Shown: positions 23,851-34,988 of the stretch, piece by piece | How the letters are laid out: each line of letters opens with the position of its first letter | How positions within the stretch are numbered: position 1 is the stretch's first letter | Assembly: GCA_050084515.1 (NCBI GenBank) | Contig: CM114271.1 | Location: 47,616,001 to 47,680,000, forward strand | Direction: 5' to 3' | Source: Blasia pusilla | Taxonomy: Eukaryota | Length of the DNA stretch: 64,000 bases | The notes under the pieces: generated by a model | What the model saw: only the letters and a program-made list of their open reading frames with translations | Database searches by the model: none | Told to the model about the DNA's origin: nothing | Translations under genes and position numbers: made by a program

Positions 23851-25689
23851 TGTTTATTTATAGATGATATATATCGACCCGTGTGTTGTGTGGTGTGTAG
23901 ATGTGACCAGCGATGTGGGTCATATAGCGATGTGTATGCGCACGACAAGGGAGACAACTCTTACAAAATGGTTTGCAAGTAATGGATCTTACTCAAAGTC
24001 TCCAACGCTCGACAATTTTTATATTTTGATTTTCCAACATATTATCGTTGGTATAATAAGACTTGGGTTCAAAGGGTAAAAATGAAATATGGTTGTGATC
24101 ATCCTATTAGCCGCTTATATCTTACTCATCCAAGTAAATAGTACACGCTATCTTTCTTATATTTATGCATAATTGGATGTGGCATTTATTAAATTGGGGT
24201 TGCAAGAATTCAATCAGATAAGATAATTTATTTCACTGACTTGCAAGTGAAGGAGAACATCATTGGTTGAGATTACTCCTTCATCAAGTTCGAGGAGCTA
24301 CAACATTTGAATGTTTTAGAACTGTGCATGGAGTCTTGCATCCAACATTTAAGGAGGCTATTATCCAATTAGGACTTCTTGACGATGATAGGGAAGTGTT
24401 CTCTCGCTTTGAAGAATCTTCTATGGTTTGTATACGTGCTTCACTTCATCATCTCTTTGAAATTATTCTAGCTTAGAGCACATCTGTAAAACCTACATCA
24501 CTCGGGAGTCATAGAAGATATTCTATATGAACAACGTGAGGTAAGTCTCAATTTTTAACACTTCTTACAACAAGTATTCTTCTTGAAATCTAGCTAAACA
24601 AACTAATCATAAGTTCTTTTCTTTGCCTTGACTCTGCCATTACATAAAACAAGCATTCTGGATCTTTGCGTTGATTCTATCATTTATACTTTGTTGTTGG
24701 AAGTGCATCATTACTTGCAAGATTAAGGAAAGAGATTATCTCATTTTCTAAACATGCTCCAAGGTAATTTCCAAAGCATGAATGCACACTCCTTTTTGAA
24801 GTAACAAGAACTACTTAGGCATTATATGAACAAGTACAATTGGGAGCAGCAAGTTTGAATGAAGGAAAACGTGTTATTTGGGATGCTACAAATGATGAGC
24901 TTGATCAGATTTGCTTAATTGACCCCGAAAATGGAAAAACCTTTGTATATATATAATCTTTTCTTGGCAAGTGTACGAAGTGCAAGAGGTATAGCTTTGG
25001 TTGTGGCATCTTCGGAAATAACTGCTTTATTATTATAGAGAGGACACGCCGCACATTCACGCTTCAAGATTCCAATCAATATTTATGAGAGTTCTGCAAG
25101 TAAGAATTCCTTTATTCATAACACAAATGGCTAAAATTTTTCTTCATAATCTTTGGTCCGTCTCAGGATTGCAACTTCTAATTTACTTGCCTATGTGATT
25201 TATAGTTTACGTGTCAAAAGTGATGTTGCACGCTTAATCTGTGTTGCAATGCTCATTACAAGGGATGAAGCACCTATGACTCATTGTCATGCCTTTGAGG
25301 TAGTAAATCGCTCTTTCCAAGATATCATGGGAGTTGTTTCTTCAGATGTAAGGCACATACCATTTGGTTGAAAACTCATGATATTTGGTGGTGACTTTTA
25401 TAAAGTATTGCATGTTCATCATGGGGATCGTCCATAAATCATCCAAGCTATTATAAAGATATCATCTATATGGTACAAATTTTCCATCCAAACTACCTCC
25501 ACATCGATTGTGTTTGAAGATTGGTGCACCGATTATGCTCTTGCGGAACATGAATGGTTCCAAAGGACAAACAAATGGAATTAGATAGGTGATTGATGGA
25601 TTCATGGAACATCTTATAGATGCAAAAATCATCATAAGGAAAAATATTGGAGATCAAGTTTGTATTTCATGTATTTCATTGGTCGCATC

Positions 25690-26495
25690 AAACTCCGGCT
25701 TGCCTTTCCACTACGTAAGCTTTAATTGCCTACTCCTCCAACCTTTGCCATCATTATTAATAAGTCTCAAGGTCAAACTCTCCAAAAAATAGTAATTTTT
25801 TTGTGTACTCGCGTCTTCTCACATGGTCAGTTATATGTAGCATTATCTAGATAATGCTACATATAACTAACCACGTGGGCACTCTATCCATATTACAATT
25901 GGAAGCATGCACACTCAAGTAAAGATAGTAACTATACATGAAATGTGGTTTGTAAAGAAATAATTGGATAAAGAAATATTTATGTGTAACTTTTATGAAA
26001 TCCATATTTACATGTCAACTGCAACGACTTTTACGCCCGTGCATTGCACAACCACCTTACTGGTGAGGTCACTTGCAATCACAACAGGAAAAAAGATGAG
26101 TTCCCAGACTCGGGTTTGCCTTTTGACTACGTAAGCTTTAATTGCCTATTCCTCCAACCTTTGCCATCATTATCAATAAGTCTCAAGGTCAAACTCTCCA
26201 AAAAGTAGTAATTTTTTTGTGTACTCGCGTCTTCTCACATGGTTAGTTATATGTAGCATTATCTAGAATAGGCCAACTACATTCTATCCATATTACAATT
26301 GGAAGCATGCACACTCAAGTGACTATACATGAAATGTGGTTTGTAAAGAAATAATTGGATAAAGAAATATTTATGTGTAACTTTTATGAAATCCATATTT
26401 ACATGTCAACTGCAACTACTTTTACACCCGTGCATTGCACAAGCACCTTACTAGTGAGTTCACTTGAAATCACAACAGGAAAAAAGATGAGTTCC
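25690..26495 (+). repeat. ~400-bp tandem duplication spanning the Helitron 3' terminus and ~40 bp of flank
   Basis: Units ~25690-26105 and ~26107-26495 each contain NKSQGQTL, the terminal hairpin and CTRR (CTGG 26060-26063, CTAG 26451-26454), then ...CACTTG.AATCACAACAGGAAAAAGATGAGTTCC. Confidence 0.85.
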
Positions 26496-27605
26496 GAGGG
26501 CCGGATGATTGAAATCCGGCATCGGCATGCAATCGAATACTAACTGAGCCGATTGGAGCCTCCTTGGTATGTGGAGAGTTTGCCAAAGTATAGTCATGCA
26601 TTTTATTCTTCAAGCATTTTCATTAGGGCATGTCACTTTTGGTCGGGCAGCATTTGACCTATTGTCATTCATAAGCGTCAAATGTTTTCTCCTTCAAATG
26701 TAGAGACCAAGGAAAGAAAGAAATGGTATGTAAGTAGGAGCTGAAATATGAGCGCCGGGAAGGCTTTATTTGAGGAGAGATCATGAAAAGGTTGGATTAT
26801 AGCTAGAAAGCTAGGTTGGATGTGATAGTATGGCCTATCATTCTCTTCCATTCATCTTGCCCTAGAGAAGATGTATTTGTCTTCGTACTTATGGTACTCG
26901 CTTGAGGTACGACTAAGTTTTTGTCTCGAAGATTTATTTCAATTCTTCTACTAAAATTTACTCCATATGAGACCTTTAAAGAATATTCTCCATATGAGAT
27001 CTTCCCGTTCAACTATTTTCTCCATTTCTTTCTTCCCCTCCCATATTGAAATTGAAATAAAAAAATATTACATGTGAAATCTTCCGTTTTCATCTTGGTA
27101 ATCATTCACATAATGCAAAAAAAGCACTTCTTTCGCAATGTAAGGCTCTCTTTCCATACCTTTAAAACAGGAGAAACGTATCAAGCCTATCAACAAACTT
27201 ATCAACCCTGAAAAAGAGGACCTTGCCAATCATGAATTCAGCCTCCTTATAATCACACATCAATCTTCTAGGGAATGAGAGTGGACAATACACGAAGTAC
27301 CGAGAATTCTATTGAAAACATGCCCGTGTGGAAAAGGTGATTTCAAAATTGAACGTGCTGGCTCTATCGGAGGAATTCTGCAGCCACGATTCCTATCAAT
27401 CTTTGGGCGTGCGAAGATGAAAATTCTCCACTCATGCGCGTCCCACATACCTTGAATGATCCACAACGTACATGGAACGCATTTCCGAACACGAACCAGC
27501 AGACCACTTATTTCCTGCGCACGGCGACTAGGAATGACCAGCTCCAGCCGCAACCTACGACCAGTTCATGATCTAGTTTCCATCCTAGGACGAAGAGTTG
27601 CCTGC

Positions 27606-30600
27606 CTAACGCTCTTTCAGTGCTGCCGATCGGATAGTGGACTTCTTTGAGTTTGCAGCAGCCAAAATGGAGGGGTTGTCATTCCAAAAACGATCTTTAA
27701 TCAAGTCCTCATGTACGACTACCACAGTTGACCTCGTCCTTTTTATCGGCACTCCATTGTCAGGTTTCACCACATTCTCATCCTGTGGACACATGCGAAG
27801 GCCATCACATCAGCCTTCACGAAACGATGACAGCCTTCCTGAAGGTGCGCTCGGGAAAGCACTACAATACATTAGGATAAGAATCACGGTGTCCAGAGGA
27901 GGTGGTGAGAACGAAAGATTGTCCTAAGAAGTACACGTAAGATCGTTGGAATTATTATTCATCTACCTAGGTCTAATCAAACGGAGGGGATAAAGAGAAG
28001 CACACTCTCTCTGCTAAGGTACGAAACGACGAAGCCTACCTTCCTCTTGAAGACCAGTGATCCTTTGCGGAAAATCGCTGGCAGATCGTTATAGTTTATA
28101 CCAAATCGTGTATGCAGAAGCTCATTCTTGAAGTCTGCTAGTGTACCCTGCCCATTACATGCTGGAAATTAGTGAGCAAGTCAAAGCAAGAACACAGACA
28201 GCATCAACTCAACATCGATCATTCTGCTCTGATTACAATTGGTAAAAGCAAGTACTGTAGGAGAGGAATCCACTTCTCACAAGCACCAACAGCAATCAGT
28301 CACGATTTAACTGGAAATAGTTGTTTTCAGTACCTGTGTATTTCCAACTATTTCCTGAGGTTGACACAAGTCAGTTGTGTCAACCTCAGGAATACCTTAC
28401 AACCCTTCTCTGTGGGTGGTTGGGTTTAAACCCCAAAACTACAAGTCCCGACAGGCCTGGTATGTTGGGACGACATGTTCTAAAGCAGTGCTCCTGGGTA
28501 GCTTATAATGAGTGAACCGCGTGCAAGCAATATAGCAATACTCTCTGTCGAGTTGCCCATTGCTGTAGTTGGAACCTGTAGTGAGCTTGCGATGTCGTTC
28601 CCCTGGTTGGTAGGTGTGGATTAGTGTGTCCTGTAATCCATGCGACTTGCGGCAGTTGTGCCACAAGTAAGGTGTCCAGTGGACTTAGTTGGAGAAATGG
28701 AGACCTCTCCTTCTTTTGAAGCTGGATTCACGGGCCCTCCTCTGCAGCTTAATGCCAGGGCTGTTCACCTTGGAAGGTAGTGATGATCTCTGGGGGTAAC
28801 AAGCGGGCTCTCTTTGGGCACCCTGCCGCTTGGAGGCAGCCCCTCCGCACAAATAGGACAGCGAGTCCCTGTCTGGACTCTCGGGCTGGGAGCTTAAACA
28901 TTCTCCCCAGATCCTAAATCAGTTGTTTGCCAAACCTCTACATATAATCAGCGGCCTTGAGCCCAATATATCTCAGTCCTCCCAAGCTTGTGAGGAGTAT
29001 CAGCTCACCTATCAAAGGCACAGACCAACGCCCACCATCCCCAAGCTGGGTGGGGAATACCGGCATGTTTATGTGAGACGCTCAAAGGCCCCCCGGAGTT
29101 CGGACCTGGGCAGCGAGTTCAATCTGGTCTACAGGAGGAGACCACGGTTCCACATGATCATTTTTGGTGTACGTCCCACAGTAGACTTTGTCTCATTTAA
29201 GATCATGTGCGCAGCTTTGGGCTTTGAATTCCTGGCTACTGCTGGGGTTACTCGGATGATGAACGGCAATCAATGTATCTTCAAGGCGTCTATCAAGGGC
29301 AGAGGAGGCCAATACTTGGCTTGCCACAAAAACCAGGTGTCTCAAGATCTGAGACGTGCCTACAACTGGAGGGCTATGGTAGTCGAGGGTGGTTCCAGCT
29401 TGAAGGAAAGGCCCATCTCCACAAAACCGCTGGTGATCTACACACCTAATATCTTTAGTGTTCTCCAAGGGACCAGCGATGAAGAGCCTGCACATGAAGA
29501 GGTTCCATGTCGCAAGCAGCCACACCGACGCCAAAAGCGTGCCCGCCGATCCCCAACCCACTTAGTGACAGGTCTCCGTTTGGGTACCTGGAACTTCTGT
29601 GGACTGACCCATGCAATGAAGCAGCTGGAGGTTGCTGAAGTTTTGCTGAAAAATCAAATACATATATGCGGGGGTCAGGAAACTTGGGAAACCAAGTTAA
29701 TGGAGATACCCCATGTACCACACTATGCATGGTTTGGAAAGATGTGCAGCACCCAGGCGGACAACAACAGAGGTATGAAGGGTGTCGGGTTCTTCATCAG
29801 AGACTTCATGGTGGACAGGTGTGAGATCATCAGCACAGGGCTCGAGTATGAACACAGCATATGGGTCAAAGTCCGAGCTGAGTGCAACTCGCGGGATATG
29901 TATATCGGGTGTATTTACATGCCTACAAACAGTGAATCTGCTGCTGTGATAGAGGCAGCGTTTGATAGTGTGAAAACTGATTGCCTTGGGTTCCAGACAA
30001 AGGGGAACATAGTCTTGCTGGGAGACTTCAACAGTTGGGTGGGGCAAGGCACTGATCCCCAAGCGGAGATCGAATGTTTGGAGATGTGAGAGTGAATGGC
30101 AATGGCACACGGCTGATCACGATGTTGAGGGAACTTCAACTGATGGCACTTAATGATAGGCATAAGGTGGGATCCCCGGCTTGGACTAGGGTCAACTTCA
30201 AGGAGAATGAGAGCTCCATTGTGGACTACATAGCTGTGGATGAGGAACTCTACACACGCAGTGGGAAGATCACAGTGGATGCGACAGACATTGGAAGATC
30301 AGATCATTCATTGGTCTGGACAGAGTTGCAGCAAAGGCTAAAATGCTCGACCAAACCAGTGAAGAGGGTGATCAAGAAATGGAGGATAGAGGACTTCCAA
30401 GATGAGGGCAACAAGAAGGTGTACATTGGCAAGCTGGAAGAAAATCTCTTGGCATTTGACACTTTCATTGAATCTACCGTCAAGACCTTTGGGTTCACAA
30501 GAACAACTGTGGACATGGTGCTGGCATGGTGGGAGCGTGGAGTGACAGATGCCGCCGAGATTGCTGTCGGCAGGAAATTGATAATATGCGGCAGAGCCGT

Positions 30601-33600
30601 CAAATGGTGGTCCTTGGAACTCAAGGCAGCCATTGCCAAACGAAGGGAAGCGTATGTCACAAGTGCCAAAGCCAGGGACAATGCATCCTTGTGGGCAGAG
30701 TATGTGGCCCTACGCAAGGAAACCCGTCTTCTCGTGCGCATGCACAAGAAGAAAATGAACCAAGCCACATACTCATCCATCAATGAGAATTTCACTGAGA
30801 ATCAGAAAAAGTTCTGGATGGAAGTGCAGAAATTGAGCAAGGCCAGGGACAGAAACGACGTAAAGGCCTTGAAGAGAAAAGACGGTGGAATGGTGACCAC
30901 AGCTAAACAGATCCGACATGTGTTGGAAGGCCATTACAAGGAGTTAGGCAGGAAGCCCGCTCGGACATCCCTTGAAGAGCAGAACTTCGAGAGGGTGGTG
31001 GAGGATTTTGTTAAGATACAACGGGAGAAGGCAGATGATGAGGTTGAGCTGGGCAACCCATATAATGATTGGTTCTCCCTGGCTGAGGTGGGAGCAGCGA
31101 TCAAAGAACTGGTGAACCACAAAGCAGGCGGTGGTGATGAGCTTGTGAATGAGCTGTTGAAGTATGGGGATGCTGCCATGGCTCGTTCTCTAGTGAGTCT
31201 CTTCAACCTGGTCTGGCGGGCAGAAGTCATCCCACAAAGATGGCGGATGGGAGTCATCGTGAACCTCTTCAAGAAGGGTGAGCGAGAAGACCCTGGAAAC
31301 TACAGGGGTATTACATTGCTGAGTGTAGTCGGGAAGCTCCTCTGCCGTATACTCAACAATAGGATCTCTATGTACCTGGAGGAGAATTCTGTCATCAAGG
31401 AAGGCCAGGCTGGCTTCCGGCAAGCCCGAGGATACGTGGACCACATCTTCACCTTCAGTCAGATCATCCAGGGTAGGAAAAAAGAGGGGAAACCCACCTA
31501 TTGCTTCTTCTTAGACCTCAAGAAGGCATACGACACTGTATGGCGTGACGGGCTTTCTTATAGCCTGTGGAAGGTGGGGCTGAGAGGGAAAATGTGGAGG
31601 GTGGTGGAGAAGATGTACCAGAACACAAGGAGTAGAGTTCTGGTAAAAGGCCAAAAGAGTGGGACATTCGACATCAAGCAAGGAGTGGCTCAAGGATGCC
31701 CGCTCTCCCCCACCCTCTTCAACATTTTCGTGAATTCCCTACTGGAAGAAATGGAGGATAGTGGACTAGGCATACGGGTGGGCAACAACTCTATTGTTGC
31801 CCTCATGTTTGCTGATGACTTTGGTGGCCTTGAGGTAACAGGAGAGAAACTCCAAGAGATGATCTCCCTGACCAAAATCTGGTGTGACATGTGGGGCATG
31901 GAGGCAAATGTACTGAAGTGCGGTGTGATGATTTTCAATGGCAAGGAGGACCAAGACCAACAGTGGTACTGGGGTGACCAAGAGATCCCCCGTGTGGCTA
32001 CCTACACCTATCTGGGCATAGAATTCTCGGAAGATTGCATGTGGGATGCACACATCAAGAAGACTACTGAGAAAGGCCACAAGAAGGTGAACGGTCTGTC
32101 CAGATTCCTACAGTGCCGGGACATCACATCAGAAGTAAAGCGCTGTGTCATTTTGCATACCATTCATCCCTCGCTGGAATACGGGGCAGCAGTGTGGGAT
32201 GCCAACACCAAACAAAGGGATAGGCTTGAAGCTGTGCAGCTGAAGGCGTTTCGGGGTATGATGTCAACTTCATCACGAACAGCCCGCGTTGGTGTGAGAT
32301 CAGAACTAGGTGTGGAACCCTTGGAGGATAGACGTGACATCGCCAAGTTGAAATGGCGGAGGCAGCTGGAGACAATGGACTCCCATCGCTATCCTAAAGA
32401 GGTGATGGGGAAAACCTGGACCCAAAGAAGACCCGTAAAGCAGGCCAAATCTTGGACGAAAAAGGTTCAAGAGATTGTGCAAGCATCCAAGCTCCCAGCA
32501 GGGCCTGAACTGTGGGAGCAAGATGAGAAAGCATTTGTGGATACCATAACCAAAGCAGTGGGCAAACGCTCACAGCAGAACAGCATGGAGGAAGCCATGA
32601 AAATGTCTGACCTCTCTCTTTTGACGGTATATCCCGAGAGGGCAGAACTGAAGAACTATTTGCGGGGAACCCCTTGCTTGGGAACCCGGCTCAAGTTCAA
32701 GTTCAGGACGGGGGCAATCCCCTTGAACCATAAGAAAAGCAGGATGGGAACACAACTAAACTCTTGCGCCTTGTGTGACGATGGGGACGAAACCTCTAGT
32801 CATTACTTGGTCTCCTGCGCAAAATTCACAACACACAGAGCAAGAGCATATGCTGATATTGCTAAGCTGGTAGCACCAGAATTGTTCAACACATTCAGTA
32901 GCCTTGATTCATTGCCCAAAGCTGCTGCACTGGTAAGTAATGTCTATTGGGGATCCCAATCAGGTAAAGTAGATTGTGTGGTGAAGAGTTTCTTGGTTGA
33001 CACTTGGAAGCTCCGCACAAACACGTTGTTTGGTCAGCACTCACACTATATGAGAGTGTCTCCCTCCTCTCATATGGTACCTTCTTCACTTGCTTCTCTC
33101 TCTACACCCATCCCAGTCTCAAGCACCGTCCAACCAGGGCGCGGGGTCTATGGTCGCAAGGCTACGACAGGCACTACTTAATGAGTACAGTCTGTGGGTG
33201 TGGTGAGATCCCCAGTTAGGATTGGAGCATGGTCACAAATATACACTGCGAGCTCACAGATTAGGTTCACAGTCGTGGACCTAATCTTCCTTCCTTCCTC
33301 TCATCTGCCTCAGATATGCTATCTACCTAAGTCTTTCCAAGACCAGCTGCATGCTTATCATTACAAAATGGATCGAGTTCATTCTGGAATTCTTACACGC
33401 ACTCGGTCGGACAACGATACACAGAGAGAACACATGACGACTGAGGACAAATGCAATGATGTGTTCAAAATTAAGAATTGGTGCTTGATGGAACCTTGAT
33501 TAAATTCTGAGCTTCAGCTGGACTGATCCCAGACTGCACTATGTTCCAATAGCACGTATTGTATTGATTATTTACATGGCCTGCAAATTAGAGTCCAAAA

Positions 33601-34988
33601 GCAGTTGTGAGTAATCTTTTCTCCAATGTCTCATGAAAACGCTCTAAAGAAGCATGGCCAGTACCTAGGAATAGATTCATCGACGGTTTGACCTGGAAAT
33701 ACAATCGACGCACACTTTCACTTCCGCTCACCAAACCTGAAAGAGCTGCTATGCAACAGATTCGTGCAACAGTTTGTTGGGCAGTAGCTTCTTGTCTAGA
33801 GATGAGACTTTAGCAGACATACCATTCACAAAGTCACTAGTTTGCCGAAACCCTATCATTCGCTCAAGCAGCCAGCAAACATGGTCGACCATCTATCTTC
33901 CAATAGGAGGGTGAAGGATTTATATCCCTGACGCAAGGTGGCTCCATACGCCGTGTGTTTGATTGATCGGATTGAGGGGGCTGAAAGGTTCTTAGAGCTT
34001 AACTTACAATCAACTTGGCGCCAAGAAAGATAATCTCGAAGGATGAGGTCGGAAGGATAGCACACTGCTCTTCCATCGAATGATGGAGCGTACTCCAACT
34101 TCTTATCCGAGAAAAGCTGAGGCCATTTCAACACGTAGGTTGCGGAGAATAGTGATACAATGATTGATACCAACTTGCTGCACACGGCAGAGCCCTAAAT
34201 GAGAATCGTTAAACATACTGTTCTTTTTCGGTAGCAATCTAATCTTGCGCCACAACCCACAAGATTATAGATCTCTCGACCTGACGCCGAAGGAAAACGA
34301 AGAATGAGTTGGGCATCCGGGATCCCAAATGTGTACCTTGCTCGACGCTGGTAAAGGGTGCTGCTCTTCCGCAAAACAAAACTGCAGGGTGAACACCGTG
34401 ATCCTCAGCTTCAAAAATTGGGACTCTTCACCAAAGCCTCCATGAATCTTTTTTTTCAAACACTCATGATGTGACCAAACGCAATGGGGAAAGTTCCAAG
34501 TCACTTTGCAGATACGATGTTTAATCATAACCATTGAACTCAGGTCTGCCTTCTCGTCTGTCATCACACTTTCGTCATCCTTCTTTCCTCACTATTTTCA
34601 ACGATTGTCTCATTGGTCCCCTCAAATGTGCACCGCTACAACAGCAATTTGACACTTGAAGCTACGACAAGTAATGCAGCGACAGGAGGACAAAACTCAT
34701 AATTAAGCTTAATGAACTCTACAACAAAAAGGCTCCCAGTGAAATTAGAGACCTGAATTCATCGCTAACTCCATATCCGAAGCAGATGTCCGAGATATCT
34801 TCAAGCACAGCTTTCGCACATTCATTCATTAGGCGCAGCGCCTGCTCGTCATTCGGCTTTTGAAAGCCATGCACCTGCGCAAACCGTGTGAAACCGCGTC
34901 CATCCACTCGAATAACAATCCAAGTGTGAGGCATTAGCACATCACTCTGCTCGAAAGCCTTCACATACTCGTACTTGCTGTTGGCCAT
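27606..34988 (-). CDS. THG1: tRNA(His) guanylyltransferase, single Thg1 domain, ~273 aa
   Basis: Exons 34988-34753, 34381-34337, 34177-34008, 33580-33495, 28147-28040, 27782-27606 (822 nt, all GT-AG, phases consistent). Motifs MANSKYEYVKAFE, IRVDGRGF, YGVSDEFS, PSFDGRAVCYP, DYLSWRQVDCHVNNQYNT, KNELLHTRFGINYN. Confidence 0.95.
28419..33190 (+). mobile_element. Near-intact LINE (APE-RT; RTE/CR1-like group) antisense in THG1 intron 4
   Basis: 10-bp TSD TCTGTGGGTG (28409-28418 / 33191-33200). The element ends about 9 nt after the stop codon, with no poly(A). Confidence 0.9.
28923..33181 (+). CDS. LINE ORF: AP endonuclease + reverse transcriptase + C-terminal CCHC, with a single frameshift at ~30075
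   Basis: APE motifs GTWN, QET, LLGDFN, VDY, SDH. RT motifs NYRGITLL, FLDLKKAYD, GVAQGCPLSPTLF, FADD, YLG. Zinc motif CALCDDGDETSSHYLVSC. Confidence 0.9.

Larger units (their letters stand above)
18070..23947 (+). mobile_element. Internally deleted, non-autonomous member of the MTase-bearing Gypsy family
   Basis: gag with two CCHC knuckles, protease, then EQGTRVLDLFGGINT (MTase motif I, ~23070-23113), then a deletion removing RT/RH/INT. The last 23 bp (TAGCGATGTGTATGCGCACGACA) are identical to the end of the 1139-10130 element. Confidence 0.85.
16640..26454 (+). mobile_element. Helitron RepHel relic, interrupted by the 18070-23947 retroelement
   Basis: Rep motifs ELRADLY, GRRIILPSSF, FFTMTCNPEW, VEFQKRGLP, VKYLYKY. 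Pif1 helicase motifs [40 protein letters not shown]. 3' hairpin CCCGTGCATTGCAC followed by CTAG|T at 26451-26454. The 5' end was not resolved. Confidence 0.9.

Noticed and set aside
28419-28920. Possible HDV-like self-cleaving ribozyme in the LINE 5' UTR
   Set aside because: Several hairpins are present but the nested double pseudoknot could not be built by eye. It needs an Infernal or RNArobo search.
30304-33089. Multiple minus-strand ORFs overlapping the LINE ORF
   Set aside because: Antisense shadows of a long open frame, with no motifs.
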